Shown one piece after another: positions 9,006-19,083 of a stretch of DNA of 64,000 bases. The notes under the pieces were generated by a model. It was not told the origin of the DNA. It did no database searches and saw only the letters and a list, made by a program, of their open reading frames with translations. A program made the translations under genes and the position numbers. This stretch comes from a virus (Duplodnaviria; Caudoviricetes), in IMG/VR virus record IMGVR_UViG_3300027759_000044. One strand, 5' to 3'. The first letter of the stretch is position 1; each line of letters starts with the position of its first letter.

Positions 9006-9947
9006 TTATATTAATGAATAGCTACAGGCTGCAAGATAATATCTAGCAGTACCAACACCAGTTACATCAGCAGAGACCACTCCGGTGTTTGACACTAAAT
9101 TAGTAAGTGCTGTTGAAGGTGAAACTCCATAACCAAATATACCTTTATCACCGCCGTAACCTGCGGCTGCTAGTCCAGATCTAGCGGTACCGACACCTGC
9201 AGTATCAGTAGCTACTACACCGGTGTTTGATACTAGATTATTTATTGATGATCCCGGAGAAGAACCTAAATATCCATATCCAAACATTGCTTGACCGGAA
9301 CTACCGTAACCAACGGCAGCTAGATATACTCTCGCAGTACCAACAGCAGTAGTATTAGAGGCAACTACACCCGTGTTTGATACTAAATTTGTTATTCCTG
9401 TATAACCAACACCACCATTGGTAGATCCAAATCCAAAAATAGCTTTATCAGTTCCATAACCAACGGCTGCTAGTTGTGTTCGTATCTGACCAATACCAGC
9501 TGTATCAGTAGCTACTACACCCGTGTTTGATACTTTGTTGGTTATTGCTGTAACAAACGGACTGAGACCGACTGTCCCAAATCCAAAAATAGCTTTATCA
9601 GTCCCGTACCCTGCGGCCGCAAGAAAACTTCTAGGTTCACTACTTGCATTGTATGTATTAGAGGCAACGATCCCCGTATTGCTTACTAGATTAGTATATG
9701 CGTAACTTAAGTCGCCAAAGGCAAATATACCTTTATCATACCCATAACCCGCAGCCGCTAGCCCACGTCTAGCAAAATCTACACCTGTAGTATCACTAGC
9801 TACTACTCCTGTATTATTTACTAGATTGGTTATTGCAGTATAAGTAGAGGGACTAGCAACTTGTCCATATCCAAATATAGCTCTTTGGGTAACCAGTTGA
9901 CTACTAACTGTTAGGTTTGCTAGTGTAAGGTTTGTAATAGTTGTCAT
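9006..9947 (-). CDS. Six-repeat beta-propeller-like protein, paralog 4
   Basis: Six AIFG(Y/F)G...TNLVSNTGVVA.DT.GVG.AR..LAAAGYG repeats. Confidence 0.8.
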   Translation of the reverse strand: MTTITNLTLANLTVSSQLVTQRAIFGYGQVASPSTYTAITNLVNNTGVVASDTTGVDFARRGLAAAGYGYDKGIFAFGDLSYAYTNLVSNTGIVASNTYNASSEPRSFLAAAGYGTDKAIFGFGTVGLSPFVTAITNKVSNTGVVATDTAGIGQIRTQLAAVGYGTDKAIFGFGSTNGGVGYTGITNLVSNTGVVASNTTAVGTARVYLAAVGYGSSGQAMFGYGYLGSSPGSSINNLVSNTGVVATDTAGVGTARSGLAAAGYGGDKGIFGYGVSPSTALTNLVSNTGVVSADVTGVGTARYYLAACSYSLI

Positions 9948-9960
9948 AATACTATCCTTT

Positions 9961-9994
9961 TTGTATAAATGTTTTTAATATTTTTCATATGATA
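9961..9994. repeat. 34-nt intergenic direct repeat (second copy 10984-11017)
   Basis: TTGTATAAATGTTTTTAATATTTTTCATATGATA identical in both spacers. Confidence 0.9.
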
Positions 9995-10004
9995 CTTGAT
10001 AGCT

Positions 10005-10967
10005 TTATATTGCTCCAAATCCAAAACTTGCGGCTGCTAATTCAGTTCTTTGAGTACCAACACCTGTAACATCAGCAGAAACTACTCCGGTGTTACTTAC
10101 TAGATTTGTTAATGAATATACTGAAGGACTAACGAATCCATAACCAAATATAGCTTTATCACCACCGTACATAGCGGCTGCTGTTCCTTGTCTAGCAGTA
10201 CCCACACCAGCGGTATTGGTGGCTACTACACCGGTGTTTGATACTAGATTGGTTATTGCCGTAGTTGGGCCACCACCATAACCAAAAATAGCTTTGTCAT
10301 TGCCATAACCTGCGGCTGATAGTCTACTCCTAGCAGTACCTACCCCTGTAGTATCTGTCGCAACTACACCCGTGTTTGATACTAGGTTGGTTAATGAATA
10401 AGATGCCGGAAGCACGTTATTTTCCCCGTATCCAAAAATAGCTTTATCAGTACCATACATTGCGGCAGCAAGGCCAAATCTGACAGTACCAACACCTGTA
10501 GTATCACTAGCTACTACACCTGTGTTTGATACTAGGTTAGTTATCGATGTACTAAACGGGGATGCATCAATTGATCCATAACCAAAAATAGCTTGACCAG
10601 TACTTCCATATCCTGAGGCTGCAAGCAAACTTCTAGCAGTACCAACACCTGTAGTATCTGTAGCAACTACGCCGGTGTTTGATACTAGGTTAGTAATTGA
10701 TTTGTTAACATTTGTAGTTCCATATCCAAATATAGCTTTATCAGTACCATAACCTGCAGCTGCTAGACTTATTCTAGCAGTACCAACTCCGGTAGTATCA
10801 GTAGCTACTACACCTGTGTTTGAAACTTTGTTGGATATTGATACTTGGCCGAGGTAGTTGTTAGTAGTAGTTCCATATCCAAATATAGCAACAGCATTAT
10901 AACCTGTTACAGGATCGAATGTCATTCCACCGGTAATAGTAATATTTTCAAAAGTTACTTGAGCCAT
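10005..10967 (-). CDS. Six-repeat beta-propeller-like protein, paralog 3
   Basis: Same repeat, six copies. Confidence 0.8.
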   Translation of the reverse strand: MAQVTFENITITGGMTFDPVTGYNAVAIFGYGTTTNNYLGQVSISNKVSNTGVVATDTTGVGTARISLAAAGYGTDKAIFGYGTTNVNKSITNLVSNTGVVATDTTGVGTARSLLAASGYGSTGQAIFGYGSIDASPFSTSITNLVSNTGVVASDTTGVGTVRFGLAAAMYGTDKAIFGYGENNVLPASYSLTNLVSNTGVVATDTTGVGTARSRLSAAGYGNDKAIFGYGGGPTTAITNLVSNTGVVATNTAGVGTARQGTAAAMYGGDKAIFGYGFVSPSVYSLTNLVSNTGVVSADVTGVGTQRTELAAASFGFGAI

Positions 10968-11020
10968 AATACTATCTCCTGTGTTGTATAAATGTTTTTA
11001 ATATTTTTCATATGATAGTT

Positions 11021-11974
11021 TTAGGTTAAACCATATCCTGCAGCCGCAATTCCATATCTAGCAGTACCAACTCCTGTTGTGTTTGAGGCGACAACACCAG
11101 TGTTTGATACTAGATTAGTAGTTGACACACCTGGATTACTTGTGATAATACCGTAACCAAATATAGCTTTATCCACACCGTAAGTTGCGGCTGCAATCCA
11201 GCCCCTATAAGTGCCGGCATTGGAAATATCAGTGGCTACTATCCCTGTGTTTGATACTAAATTAGTATATGTAGTTCCGGATGAACTCATATATCCAAAT
11301 CCAAATATAGCCTTATCAATACCATAACCTGCGGCTCCAAGTCGATATTTAGGAGTACCAACACCTGCAGTGTCAGTTGCCACCACTCCTGTGTTTGATA
11401 CTAAATTGGTTATTGCTATTGCAATAGAGATTGAATTTTCACCAAATCCAAATATAGCTTGACCGCTTGAACCATATGTTGCGGCTGCTGGGTTTTGCCT
11501 AGTAGTACCAACCCCTGCCGTATCAGCAGCAACAATACCGGTATTTGACACAAGGTTGGTTGTTGCTACAGCACCAGCTAGACTATTAACCCCAAAGCCA
11601 AATATAGCTTTATCAGTACCGTATCCAGAAGCCGCAATTTGATATCTGCCACTCGCACTAGCATTTGTGACATCAGCAGAAACCACTCCGGTGTTTGACA
11701 CTAGATTGGTAATTGTTGTTACTCCGGAGCCTGGTCTACCAAATCCAAATATAGCCTTATCAGTTCCATAACCTGCGGCCGCCAATGAAAATCTACCAGT
11801 GCCTGTAACTGCCGCCTGATCATCAGAAACTACGCCAGTGTTTGATACTAGATTAGTGATAGCTAATCCAGCAAGTTGGTTAATAGTACCAAACCCAAAT
11901 ATAGCAAACTGAGTGGTAGGCTGTGCATAGAACGTAAGCCCTGCTGTAAATAGTATTCCTGGAGTAATAATCAT
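11021..11974 (-). CDS. Six-repeat beta-propeller-like protein, paralog 2
   Basis: Same repeat, six copies; CATAAATA late promoter at 11994-12001. Confidence 0.8.
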   Translation of the reverse strand: MIITPGILFTAGLTFYAQPTTQFAIFGFGTINQLAGLAITNLVSNTGVVSDDQAAVTGTGRFSLAAAGYGTDKAIFGFGRPGSGVTTITNLVSNTGVVSADVTNASASGRYQIAASGYGTDKAIFGFGVNSLAGAVATTNLVSNTGIVAADTAGVGTTRQNPAAATYGSSGQAIFGFGENSISIAIAITNLVSNTGVVATDTAGVGTPKYRLGAAGYGIDKAIFGFGYMSSSGTTYTNLVSNTGIVATDISNAGTYRGWIAAATYGVDKAIFGYGIITSNPGVSTTNLVSNTGVVASNTTGVGTARYGIAAAGYGLT

Positions 11975-12025
11975 AATAATATCTCTTGTAGTATATTTAT
12001 GATTTAAAATTTGATGTGATTAACT

Positions 12026-12346
12026 TTAAATACCAACACCTAGCTTATAATTTAATATTTTGATATCAGTGCCCATACCAACAACACAACTTAAATCGTT
12101 TTTAGTAGCAACTATCGTCCAATTGTTATCAATCGGGTTCATCCAAATACTTACTACTGAATTAGCTTCATCACTGGCTTTTCCAGACATTACAGGAAAT
12201 TCTTTATATTTTTCTCTAAGACTTTTAAATATTTCTTTTGTGTTATAGCAGGGTAAATCTATTGATATAGATTCTTCTATTTCTTGTGAATAGGAGCTAG
12301 TTGATAGTCCTAAAAACATAATTACAAGTAGATAAGTTAATTTCAA
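12026..12346 (-). CDS. Secreted hypothetical protein
   Basis: Signal peptide; two Cys. Confidence 0.7.
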   Translation of the reverse strand: MKLTYLLVIMFLGLSTSSYSQEIEESISIDLPCYNTKEIFKSLREKYKEFPVMSGKASDEANSVVSIWMNPIDNNWTIVATKNDLSCVVGMGTDIKILNYKLGVGI

Positions 12347-12408
12347 AAAATTCTCCTAGTCGTAGTAGTATAACATAGTAGAGATAAATGTGCTAATCAC
12401 ATTTACCC

Positions 12409-15400
12409 TTATACGGTTAACGAATAGCTTGCGGCTGCAAGGTTAATTCTAGCAGTACCGATACCTGAAGTATCACTAGCCATTACACCTGTATTTGATA
12501 CTAAGTTAGTTATTGTTACATATGTACCTACAGCTATACCATAACCAAAAATAGCTTTATCACCACCATAGCCTGCGGCTGCAAGGTTATATCTAGCAGT
12601 ACCGATAGTTGTTGTATTACTAGCAACCACACCTGTATTTGATACTAGATTAGTGACTGAATATCGTTGATTTAATTGAATACTATATCCAAATCCAAAT
12701 ATAGCTTTATCGCCGCCATAACCTGCGGCTGCTAAACCAGATCTGGCAGTACCTACACCTGTAGTATCAGTCGCAACTACACCTACGCTTGATACTTTGT
12801 TGGTCATTGATACTGCATCGGGATACTTATTACCTAGGTAGGTAAATTGTGCTTGTCCATAACCAAATATAGCTTTATTACCACCATAAGTTGCGGCTGC
12901 AAGGCCCGATCTAGCAGTACCTACACCTGCAGTATCTGTGGCAATTACACCTAGATTTGATACTTTGTTGCTTATTGATATGTAAGTATTGCTAGAGCCA
13001 CCTTCTCCGTAACCGTATATGGCCAAGCCAACACCATACATAGCGGCTGCAACACCTCGTCTAGCAGTACCAACATTTGAGATATCTCCTGCAACAACTC
13101 CTGTATTTGAAACTAAATTTGTTATGTTATATCCAGTACCAGATTGTCCACCATAAGCAAACATAGCTTGACCAGTTGTACCATATCCTGTGCCTGCTAG
13201 AAAGGCTCTACTGGTTCCAACTCCAGTAGTGTCACTAGCAACAATTCCATAATATGATACTAGGTTAGTCATACGCACGTATGTAGTGGGGCTAGTCATT
13301 CCAAATCCAAAAATAGCGTTTTTAGCACCTGCGGGTGCCGCACTTGTTGTAATACTGTTACTTGCCGCACTTGGACTACCAGTACCTACACTATTTGTTG
13401 CTGTAACGGTAAATGTATAACTTGTACTAGGCACTAATCTAGTCACACTAATAGTACCTGATCCAGCTTGGGTTAATGTACCGGTAATATTACCAGGATT
13501 ACTTGTTGCGGTGTATCTTATAATAGTAGCACCACCATTAAATGCCGGCGCAGTATATACTACATTAGCAGTTTGATCGCTTGTGGCTGTAGCAGTTCCT
13601 ATTGTTGGAGCATTTGGAGGACCATTATTAGTAGTAATACTATTACTTGCCGAGCTCGGTGAGCTAGTACCAGCACTATTGGTTGCAGTTACGGTAAAGG
13701 TGTAAGCTGTAGCCGATGTTAATCCAGTGACACTAATAACACCACCGACTGCTTGATTTACTGTACCGGTAATACCACCGGGACTACTTGTTGCTGTATA
13801 ACTTGTTATAGATGTGCCTCCAGCATTTAATGGAGCAGAAAATTCTACATATGCACCAGTACTTCCGTTTGTATAAGCAATGATTGAAGTCGGCGATCCT
13901 GGTGCAATTGGTTGAATAGCTGATGTATTATTAGAATTTGCAGATGATGCTCCGTATGGATTAGTTCCAGTCACTACGCATCTTATTACATTAAACACAT
14001 CAAATGATGTTAAAATATATGTATTACTTGTGGCAAGAGATATATTAACTCCGTTACGTTGCCACTGATATGAATACTCCGGTGTAGGAGTACCCGTCCA
14101 AGTACCGGTACTACATGATAGTACTGATTCATAACTTTGTGTACCACTAATTGCAGGTGCTACTGTATTAACTGGTACTGTATAAGTTGTAATGCTATTA
14201 CTTGCACTACTTGGACTACCTGTTCCTACACTATTTGTAGCAGTAACTGTAAAGGTATAGCTAGTACCTGTAGTTAATCCATTTACAATAATAGTACCAG
14301 ATCCTGCTTGAGTTAATGTACCAGTAATACCACCCGGAGTACTTGTTGCGGTGTAACTTTGTATGATTGAACCACCATTACTTGTTGGTGCAGTAAATGC
14401 CACAGTTGCAGTAGTTAAACTTGTAGGTGTTGCAGTTCCTATTATAGGAGCATCTGGTACAATTGGAGCCACAGTAGAAGTAGAGTTAGAAATTTCAGAC
14501 GAATTTCCGTAAATATTAGTTCCGGTTACGACACATCTAATTGTATTTTCAGCATCTGATGCTACTAATGTATATGTACTAGAGGTAGCACCTCCTATAT
14601 TAGACGCACTACGTTGCCATTGATATGTATATGTTATTGGAGATGAACCAAGCCAAGTACCATTAGTAGTTGATAAAATTTGACCTACGGTAGCTGTCCC
14701 ACTTACAACAGGTGCTACAGTATTAAACGGAGCACTATATGCAGTAATACTATTACTTGATGCACTTGGTGAGCCAGTACCTATAATATTAGTAGCAGTT
14801 ACTCTAAATGTGTAACTAGTGTCTATTGTCAATCCAGTTACTGTAATATTACCACTACCTGATTGAGTTACTGTACCAGTGAGTCCACCCGGACTACTTG
14901 TCGCTGTATAGCTTAATATAGTAGAGCCACCATTATTAACAGGTGCGGTAAAATCTACTGTAGCTGATGTAGTTATAGCCGTAGCATTAACCCCTGTAGG
15001 AGCTCCAGGTGCAATTGGAGATATATTAGAAGTAGCATTAGAATTCGCTAAATTTGATCCAGCTGAATTAGTTCCGGTCACTACACATCTAATTGGATTT
15101 TCAGCATCAGCATCTACTAAAATATATGTACTAGCTGTTGCACTAGATATATTAACTCCGTTACGTTGCCATTGATATGTAAATACTATAGTCGGTGTGC
15201 CCGTCCAAGTACCATTTGTTGTTGACAGTGTTTGTCCAACTGTTGTTGTTCCAGTAACTACCGGAGCAACTGTATTAAGTGGTCCAGCACCCGGAGTAGC
15301 AATAATATTGCTTGGTAAACTAGGGGAACTGATACCAATACTATTTGTTGCAGTTACTCTAAAGGTATAACTAGTAGCTGGTGTTAATCCATCAACAGTA

Positions 15401-15642
15401 ATAGTACCAGATCCTGCTTGGTTCAACGTTCCAGTAATACCACCCGGACTACTGGTTGCTATATATTTTAATATAGTAGAACCTCCATTGTCAGATGGAG
15501 CGGTATATGATACATTAGCTGATGTTGGGATGTTGGAGAATGCTGTACCTATTATAGGATTATTCGGTATGGTTGTGCCGATAGCAGGTGTTATAATAAC
15601 ACTACCAGCTATATTGATACCGGGCCCGATAGATAAAGACAT
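12409..15642 (-). CDS. FN3/Ig-like repeat protein with C-terminal six-repeat propeller (adhesin-like)
   Basis: Five FN3-like modules (NGGS.I..YTATS.PG...YTF.VTATN..G) and three NTVAP..SGT...YQWQR Ig-like modules. Confidence 0.85.
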   Translation of the reverse strand: MSLSIGPGINIAGSVIITPAIGTTIPNNPIIGTAFSNIPTSANVSYTAPSDNGGSTILKYIATSSPGGITGTLNQAGSGTITVDGLTPATSYTFRVTATNSIGISSPSLPSNIIATPGAGPLNTVAPVVTGTTTVGQTLSTTNGTWTGTPTIVFTYQWQRNGVNISSATASTYILVDADAENPIRCVVTGTNSAGSNLANSNATSNISPIAPGAPTGVNATAITTSATVDFTAPVNNGGSTILSYTATSSPGGLTGTVTQSGSGNITVTGLTIDTSYTFRVTATNIIGTGSPSASSNSITAYSAPFNTVAPVVSGTATVGQILSTTNGTWLGSSPITYTYQWQRSASNIGGATSSTYTLVASDAENTIRCVVTGTNIYGNSSEISNSTSTVAPIVPDAPIIGTATPTSLTTATVAFTAPTSNGGSIIQSYTATSTPGGITGTLTQAGSGTIIVNGLTTGTSYTFTVTATNSVGTGSPSSASNSITTYTVPVNTVAPAISGTQSYESVLSCSTGTWTGTPTPEYSYQWQRNGVNISLATSNTYILTSFDVFNVIRCVVTGTNPYGASSANSNNTSAIQPIAPGSPTSIIAYTNGSTGAYVEFSAPLNAGGTSITSYTATSSPGGITGTVNQAVGGVISVTGLTSATAYTFTVTATNSAGTSSPSSASNSITTNNGPPNAPTIGTATATSDQTANVVYTAPAFNGGATIIRYTATSNPGNITGTLTQAGSGTISVTRLVPSTSYTFTVTATNSVGTGSPSAASNSITTSAAPAGAKNAIFGFGMTSPTTYVRMTNLVSYYGIVASDTTGVGTSRAFLAGTGYGTTGQAMFAYGGQSGTGYNITNLVSNTGVVAGDISNVGTARRGVAAAMYGVGLAIYGYGEGGSSNTYISISNKVSNLGVIATDTAGVGTARSGLAAATYGGNKAIFGYGQAQFTYLGNKYPDAVSMTNKVSSVGVVATDTTGVGTARSGLAAAGYGGDKAIFGFGYSIQLNQRYSVTNLVSNTGVVASNTTTIGTARYNLAAAGYGGDKAIFGYGIAVGTYVTITNLVSNTGVMASDTSGIGTARINLAAASYSLTV

Positions 15643-15670
15643 GAAATTACCTTTTATGTAAGTTTAATAG

Positions 15671-15678
15671 TATTTATG
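15671..15678 (-). promoter_or_regulatory. T4-type late promoter motif (NNTAAATA)
   Basis: CATAAATA upstream of ATG 15642; related motifs at 11994, 16424, 25345, 26258, 31865, 39786, 41288, 46836, 47125, 48935, 60136. Confidence 0.65.
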
Positions 15679-15683
15679 ACAAT

Positions 15684-15704
15684 AAAAAAGGCTCCGTAGA
15701 GCCT
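15684..15704 (-). terminator. Intrinsic terminator
   Basis: AGGCTC-TACG-GAGCCT followed by T run on minus strand. Confidence 0.8.
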
Positions 15705-15722
15705 AATTTGATTATAATGCCG

Positions 15723-16394
15723 TTATGTTGTTTTATTCTCATTAGCGGCTGATTCAATAGTCTGTACTTCATTTGTCTGTATACTATTATCTGAAGGTGA
15801 TTGATTGGTTAACTCTAACATAATATCTTTTTGTTCTAACAATACAGTACCTTGTGGAACAAGCCCAATTTGCATTAATGCATTTAATGTTTGAGGATTA
15901 CTCATAGCATTTAATAGTTTAGCTGGACTAGGTCTACCCAAAGCAATGATTTCTGATTGTATCTCACGACCAACTGTTACTGTAAACTCATAATTAGCAT
16001 TAGCTTCAAACATTTCGTCATCAGTATATGGTGTCCCATCTTCATGTTTCAAGCGTGTTGGTTCAACTTCAGCATACAGTTCAGCCATATATTTTTCTAG
16101 TATTTTAATCTCTTTACGATTAAGTTCAAAAGCATGTCTTTGGTCCTCTAAATGTGATTCTAATTCAAGGATTTCTGCTTGTAAATTAAGTAATATGTGA
16201 GGTAGTGCAGGTACTGTTTTTAAGTGTTTCATTTCTTCAAGTTTAGCTTGATATTTTAATTCGGCACATTCTTCTAGTACTGCGGCACGTGTTCTGCCGA
16301 CATAGAAGCCTTGAAGTGTTTTGATTTTTTCCCAGGGTGTTGAACCGATAACTTGGTAACGGTAGTTGAATTCTGAATTTAGATTTGATGCCAT
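15723..16394 (-). CDS. Helical/coiled-coil hypothetical protein upstream of adhesin genes
   Basis: TATAAATA at 16424-16431; 223-aa ORF. Confidence 0.8.
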   Translation of the reverse strand: MASNLNSEFNYRYQVIGSTPWEKIKTLQGFYVGRTRAAVLEECAELKYQAKLEEMKHLKTVPALPHILLNLQAEILELESHLEDQRHAFELNRKEIKILEKYMAELYAEVEPTRLKHEDGTPYTDDEMFEANANYEFTVTVGREIQSEIIALGRPSPAKLLNAMSNPQTLNALMQIGLVPQGTVLLEQKDIMLELTNQSPSDNSIQTNEVQTIESAANENKTT

Positions 16395-16463
16395 TTGTTC
16401 TCTCTATAGGTTGTGTATAGAGATATTTATAAGCTAGAGAGTCTGTTTAAAAATTTTTAGAGT

Positions 16464-16637
16464 TTATTTGTTATTTTTAACAAACCAATAATGTTTTTGT
16501 AACTCTCTAATTACTTCACTTTCTGGTTGTTTAAAGTATCTTGTTGCCAACTCTACAAAGTCTAACCAACGATGACCATAATTATCATTACCTTGGCACC
16601 ATTGTTGGTACATTTGCTGTAATTCTCTACTCGTCAT
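16464..16637 (-). CDS. Small hypothetical protein (57 aa, not in track)
   Basis: MTSRELQQMYQQWCQG...NNK*; overlaps upstream stop. Confidence 0.6.
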   Translation of the reverse strand: MTSRELQQMYQQWCQGNDNYGHRWLDFVELATRYFKQPESEVIRELQKHYWFVKNNK

Positions 16638-16789
16638 TTCTTCTTTTTTTCTTGTTCTGATAACTTAGCTTTTACACCAGTTACCTCAAGTTTAGTCTCT
16701 TTTAGTATCTTTTCTGCTATAGGGCTTGAATAGTGAGGATACAATTTTGGGGGTGTTTTTGTTCTGGGTTTATGTTTGAACCAACTCAT
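16634..16789 (-). CDS. Small basic protein (start revised to 16789)
   Basis: AGGAG upstream; MSWFKHKPR... Confidence 0.55.
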   Translation of the reverse strand: MSWFKHKPRTKTPPKLYPHYSSPIAEKILKETKLEVTGVKAKLSEQEKKKK

Positions 16790-16875
16790 TGGTATGCTCC
16801 TTTTGATTGGGTATAAATATATATTTAATTGATTAAGTTCAATCAAATAGCATCATTCATAACTAAAGGAAATAA

Positions 16876-17952
16876 ATGAAAAAAATCTTATTAGCATTAT
16901 TATTAGCTTTAGCTAGTCAATATGTTGTTGCCCAAGACGCACCAACAACATTATTAAGCTCTGGAACTATAAGTCCTTATAAGGCTCAACGTAATGGACT
17001 ATTCATGGCCGCTGATTTTCTTGCGGCAGTTCCTGCAAATACAACATTTAAACTAAGCACACAGCCCTGGATGGATACGTCAAACAACACCGTTGTTATT
17101 TCAAAGATGCCATATGTGAGTGGCACCAAATATGCCAAAGATTACGCAAAAGAAGGCAGTGTGTTTACTGTAACCGAAGATAACAAGTATCGTTATTTTG
17201 TAGGTAATGGATTACCAAATACTGCAATGGGCGACTTTCCTGTTCAACCCGGTACCCCTGCCTACAAATATTATCAGGCTGCGCCAGGAGGACATGATTT
17301 TAGAACAGGTATTCCTGGTTCAGATTATTCAAGTGCCGCGGCGATTGGGATTAGTCCTTATGAGTTAAATATTCAAATACCTAAACATCCCAAGATAAGT
17401 GCTAAGCCAAATCCAATTGCCGCATTGCCAATTGGTGTCACACTCACAGGCACAGTGTGGCATGCCGAGATTGCAAACGCCAGTAGTACAGCATGGTATC
17501 CGCCAGCGTCAATACTACCGATTGACCAATGCTGGGGGCATCCTTATGCTCAACAATATCACTTGCATGGTTATTCATGGAAGTGTTTCCCTAATCAAGG
17601 TACAGAAGGACATTCACCATTGTTTGGTTATGCATTAGATGGATTTGGTATCTACGGTCCCAGAGGTGATGATGGCAAAATGGTAACTAACGACCAATTA
17701 GATGAATGTCATGGACATACTCACCCAGTAATGTGGGATGGTAAACTTCAAAATATCTATCACTATCACTTGAACCGTGAATTTCCATACGCTGTTGGTT
17801 GTTTTAGAGGTACAGTTAACTATGACCAAGCATTAGGATCAGCCGATTTGAGAGCGCACAACAAACCTCACGGGACACCAAGTAAAGCACATGACCATAA
17901 GAGTCATGGACCAAAAGGTATTATTGCAATACCAATTGGAGCCTTTCAATAA
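16876..17952 (+). CDS. Secreted YHYH-domain protein
   Basis: Signal peptide; D.C.GHP..QYHLH, G.ALDGFGIYG, LDECHGH, YHYH...FPY..GCFRG. Confidence 0.85.
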   Translation: MKKILLALLLALASQYVVAQDAPTTLLSSGTISPYKAQRNGLFMAADFLAAVPANTTFKLSTQPWMDTSNNTVVISKMPYVSGTKYAKDYAKEGSVFTVTEDNKYRYFVGNGLPNTAMGDFPVQPGTPAYKYYQAAPGGHDFRTGIPGSDYSSAAAIGISPYELNIQIPKHPKISAKPNPIAALPIGVTLTGTVWHAEIANASSTAWYPPASILPIDQCWGHPYAQQYHLHGYSWKCFPNQGTEGHSPLFGYALDGFGIYGPRGDDGKMVTNDQLDECHGHTHPVMWDGKLQNIYHYHLNREFPYAVGCFRGTVNYDQALGSADLRAHNKPHGTPSKAHDHKSHGPKGIIAIPIGAFQ

Positions 17953-17973
17953 TTAATAACAAAGGAAAATAAA

Positions 17974-18510
17974 ATGACAGAAGTAAAACCACTATCACGT
18001 AGTGAACGTGAAGCACAAATTAAAGATAGAGCAGGATGGGTAATTACTGTTATTGCTTTACTACTAGCAATAACAACTTATGTAGCTAATGGATTCAGTA
18101 GTAAAATACTAACTAATACTATCAAAGCAAATGATACTTGGAACTTCTATCAAGCTAAGAGTATCAAACAAAGTATTGCTGAAGGTCAATTAGAAGATGC
18201 CAAAGATCCAAAACGCAGAGAACAACTAGAAGCTAAGATTGCCCGTTATGAAAGTGATCCAGCTAAAGGTGAGGGTAAGAAAGAATTAATGGCTAAAGCA
18301 TTACAAATTGAAGCTGAACGTGATGATGCCAAAAAACATACCCCATGGTTAACTTTTGCCGGAATGGCATTTCAGTTAGCCATTGTGTTACTTTCAGCTA
18401 GTATTTTAGCTGTAGATAAACGTATGTTTTGGGGTAGTATTGGCGTTAGTGTTTTTGGTTCATTACTATTAGCCCAAGGCATTTGGCTTATTCTACCATT
18501 TGTGATATAA
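17974..18510 (+). CDS. DUF4337-like membrane protein
   Basis: ANDTWNFYQAKSIKQ motif; three TM helices. Confidence 0.75.
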   Translation: MTEVKPLSRSEREAQIKDRAGWVITVIALLLAITTYVANGFSSKILTNTIKANDTWNFYQAKSIKQSIAEGQLEDAKDPKRREQLEAKIARYESDPAKGEGKKELMAKALQIEAERDDAKKHTPWLTFAGMAFQLAIVLLSASILAVDKRMFWGSIGVSVFGSLLLAQGIWLILPFVI

Positions 18511-18517
18511 TAACTAA

Positions 18518-19075
18518 ATGAAACTTAAGGAATTAATGGAAGATACTAACAAAAAAATGCCACATCTATACTTAGATATGGATGGGGTTCAAGCCGACTT
18601 CTTTGGAGCTTGGGCCGCAAAGCACAATGTTGGTAATTATAAAGAGATTCCTGATACTGAAACATCAATCAATGAATTAGCCTCAAGTAGCCCCGAAGAA
18701 GTATATAAGTTTTTTAGAGAACTAAAACCTCTTCAAGGTGGAGGCAAAGTTGTACGGTGGTTAAATCAACATAACATTCCATACACAGTATTAAGTGCTC
18801 CATTACGTGGCCCATATGCTAGTGCTAGTGTAAAAGCTAAAAAAGATTGGTTAGATGAACACAATCCAAATGCTACTCAAAATGCTATCTTTACGCAACA
18901 TAAACACAAATACGCATTAAAAGGTAGTGAGCCGAATGTGTTAGTAGATGATTACGGTAAATATTTAAATCTTTGGAGTAACGCAGGTGGTATTGCTGTG
19001 AAACATGAAGATGAGAATACTGACCACACTATTAAGTCATTAGAAAAGATTTATGCCCCTTATCTAACTAGATAA
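18518..19075 (+). CDS. 5'(3')-deoxyribonucleotidase-like HAD phosphatase
   Basis: LYLDMDGV.ADF, K..W, LVDDY..YL..W...GG. Confidence 0.85.
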   Translation: MKLKELMEDTNKKMPHLYLDMDGVQADFFGAWAAKHNVGNYKEIPDTETSINELASSSPEEVYKFFRELKPLQGGGKVVRWLNQHNIPYTVLSAPLRGPYASASVKAKKDWLDEHNPNATQNAIFTQHKHKYALKGSEPNVLVDDYGKYLNLWSNAGGIAVKHEDENTDHTIKSLEKIYAPYLTR

Positions 19076-19083
19076 GTATTAAT

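Noticed and set aside
9006-13320. Periodic DNA repeats as a CRISPR array
   Set aside because: Repeats are degenerate at third positions and lie within long open frames; they are protein repeats.
9006-15642. Diversity-generating retroelement targeting the adhesins
   Set aside because: No reverse transcriptase in the window, and no template/variable repeat pair with adenine-only differences was seen; cannot be excluded elsewhere in the genome.
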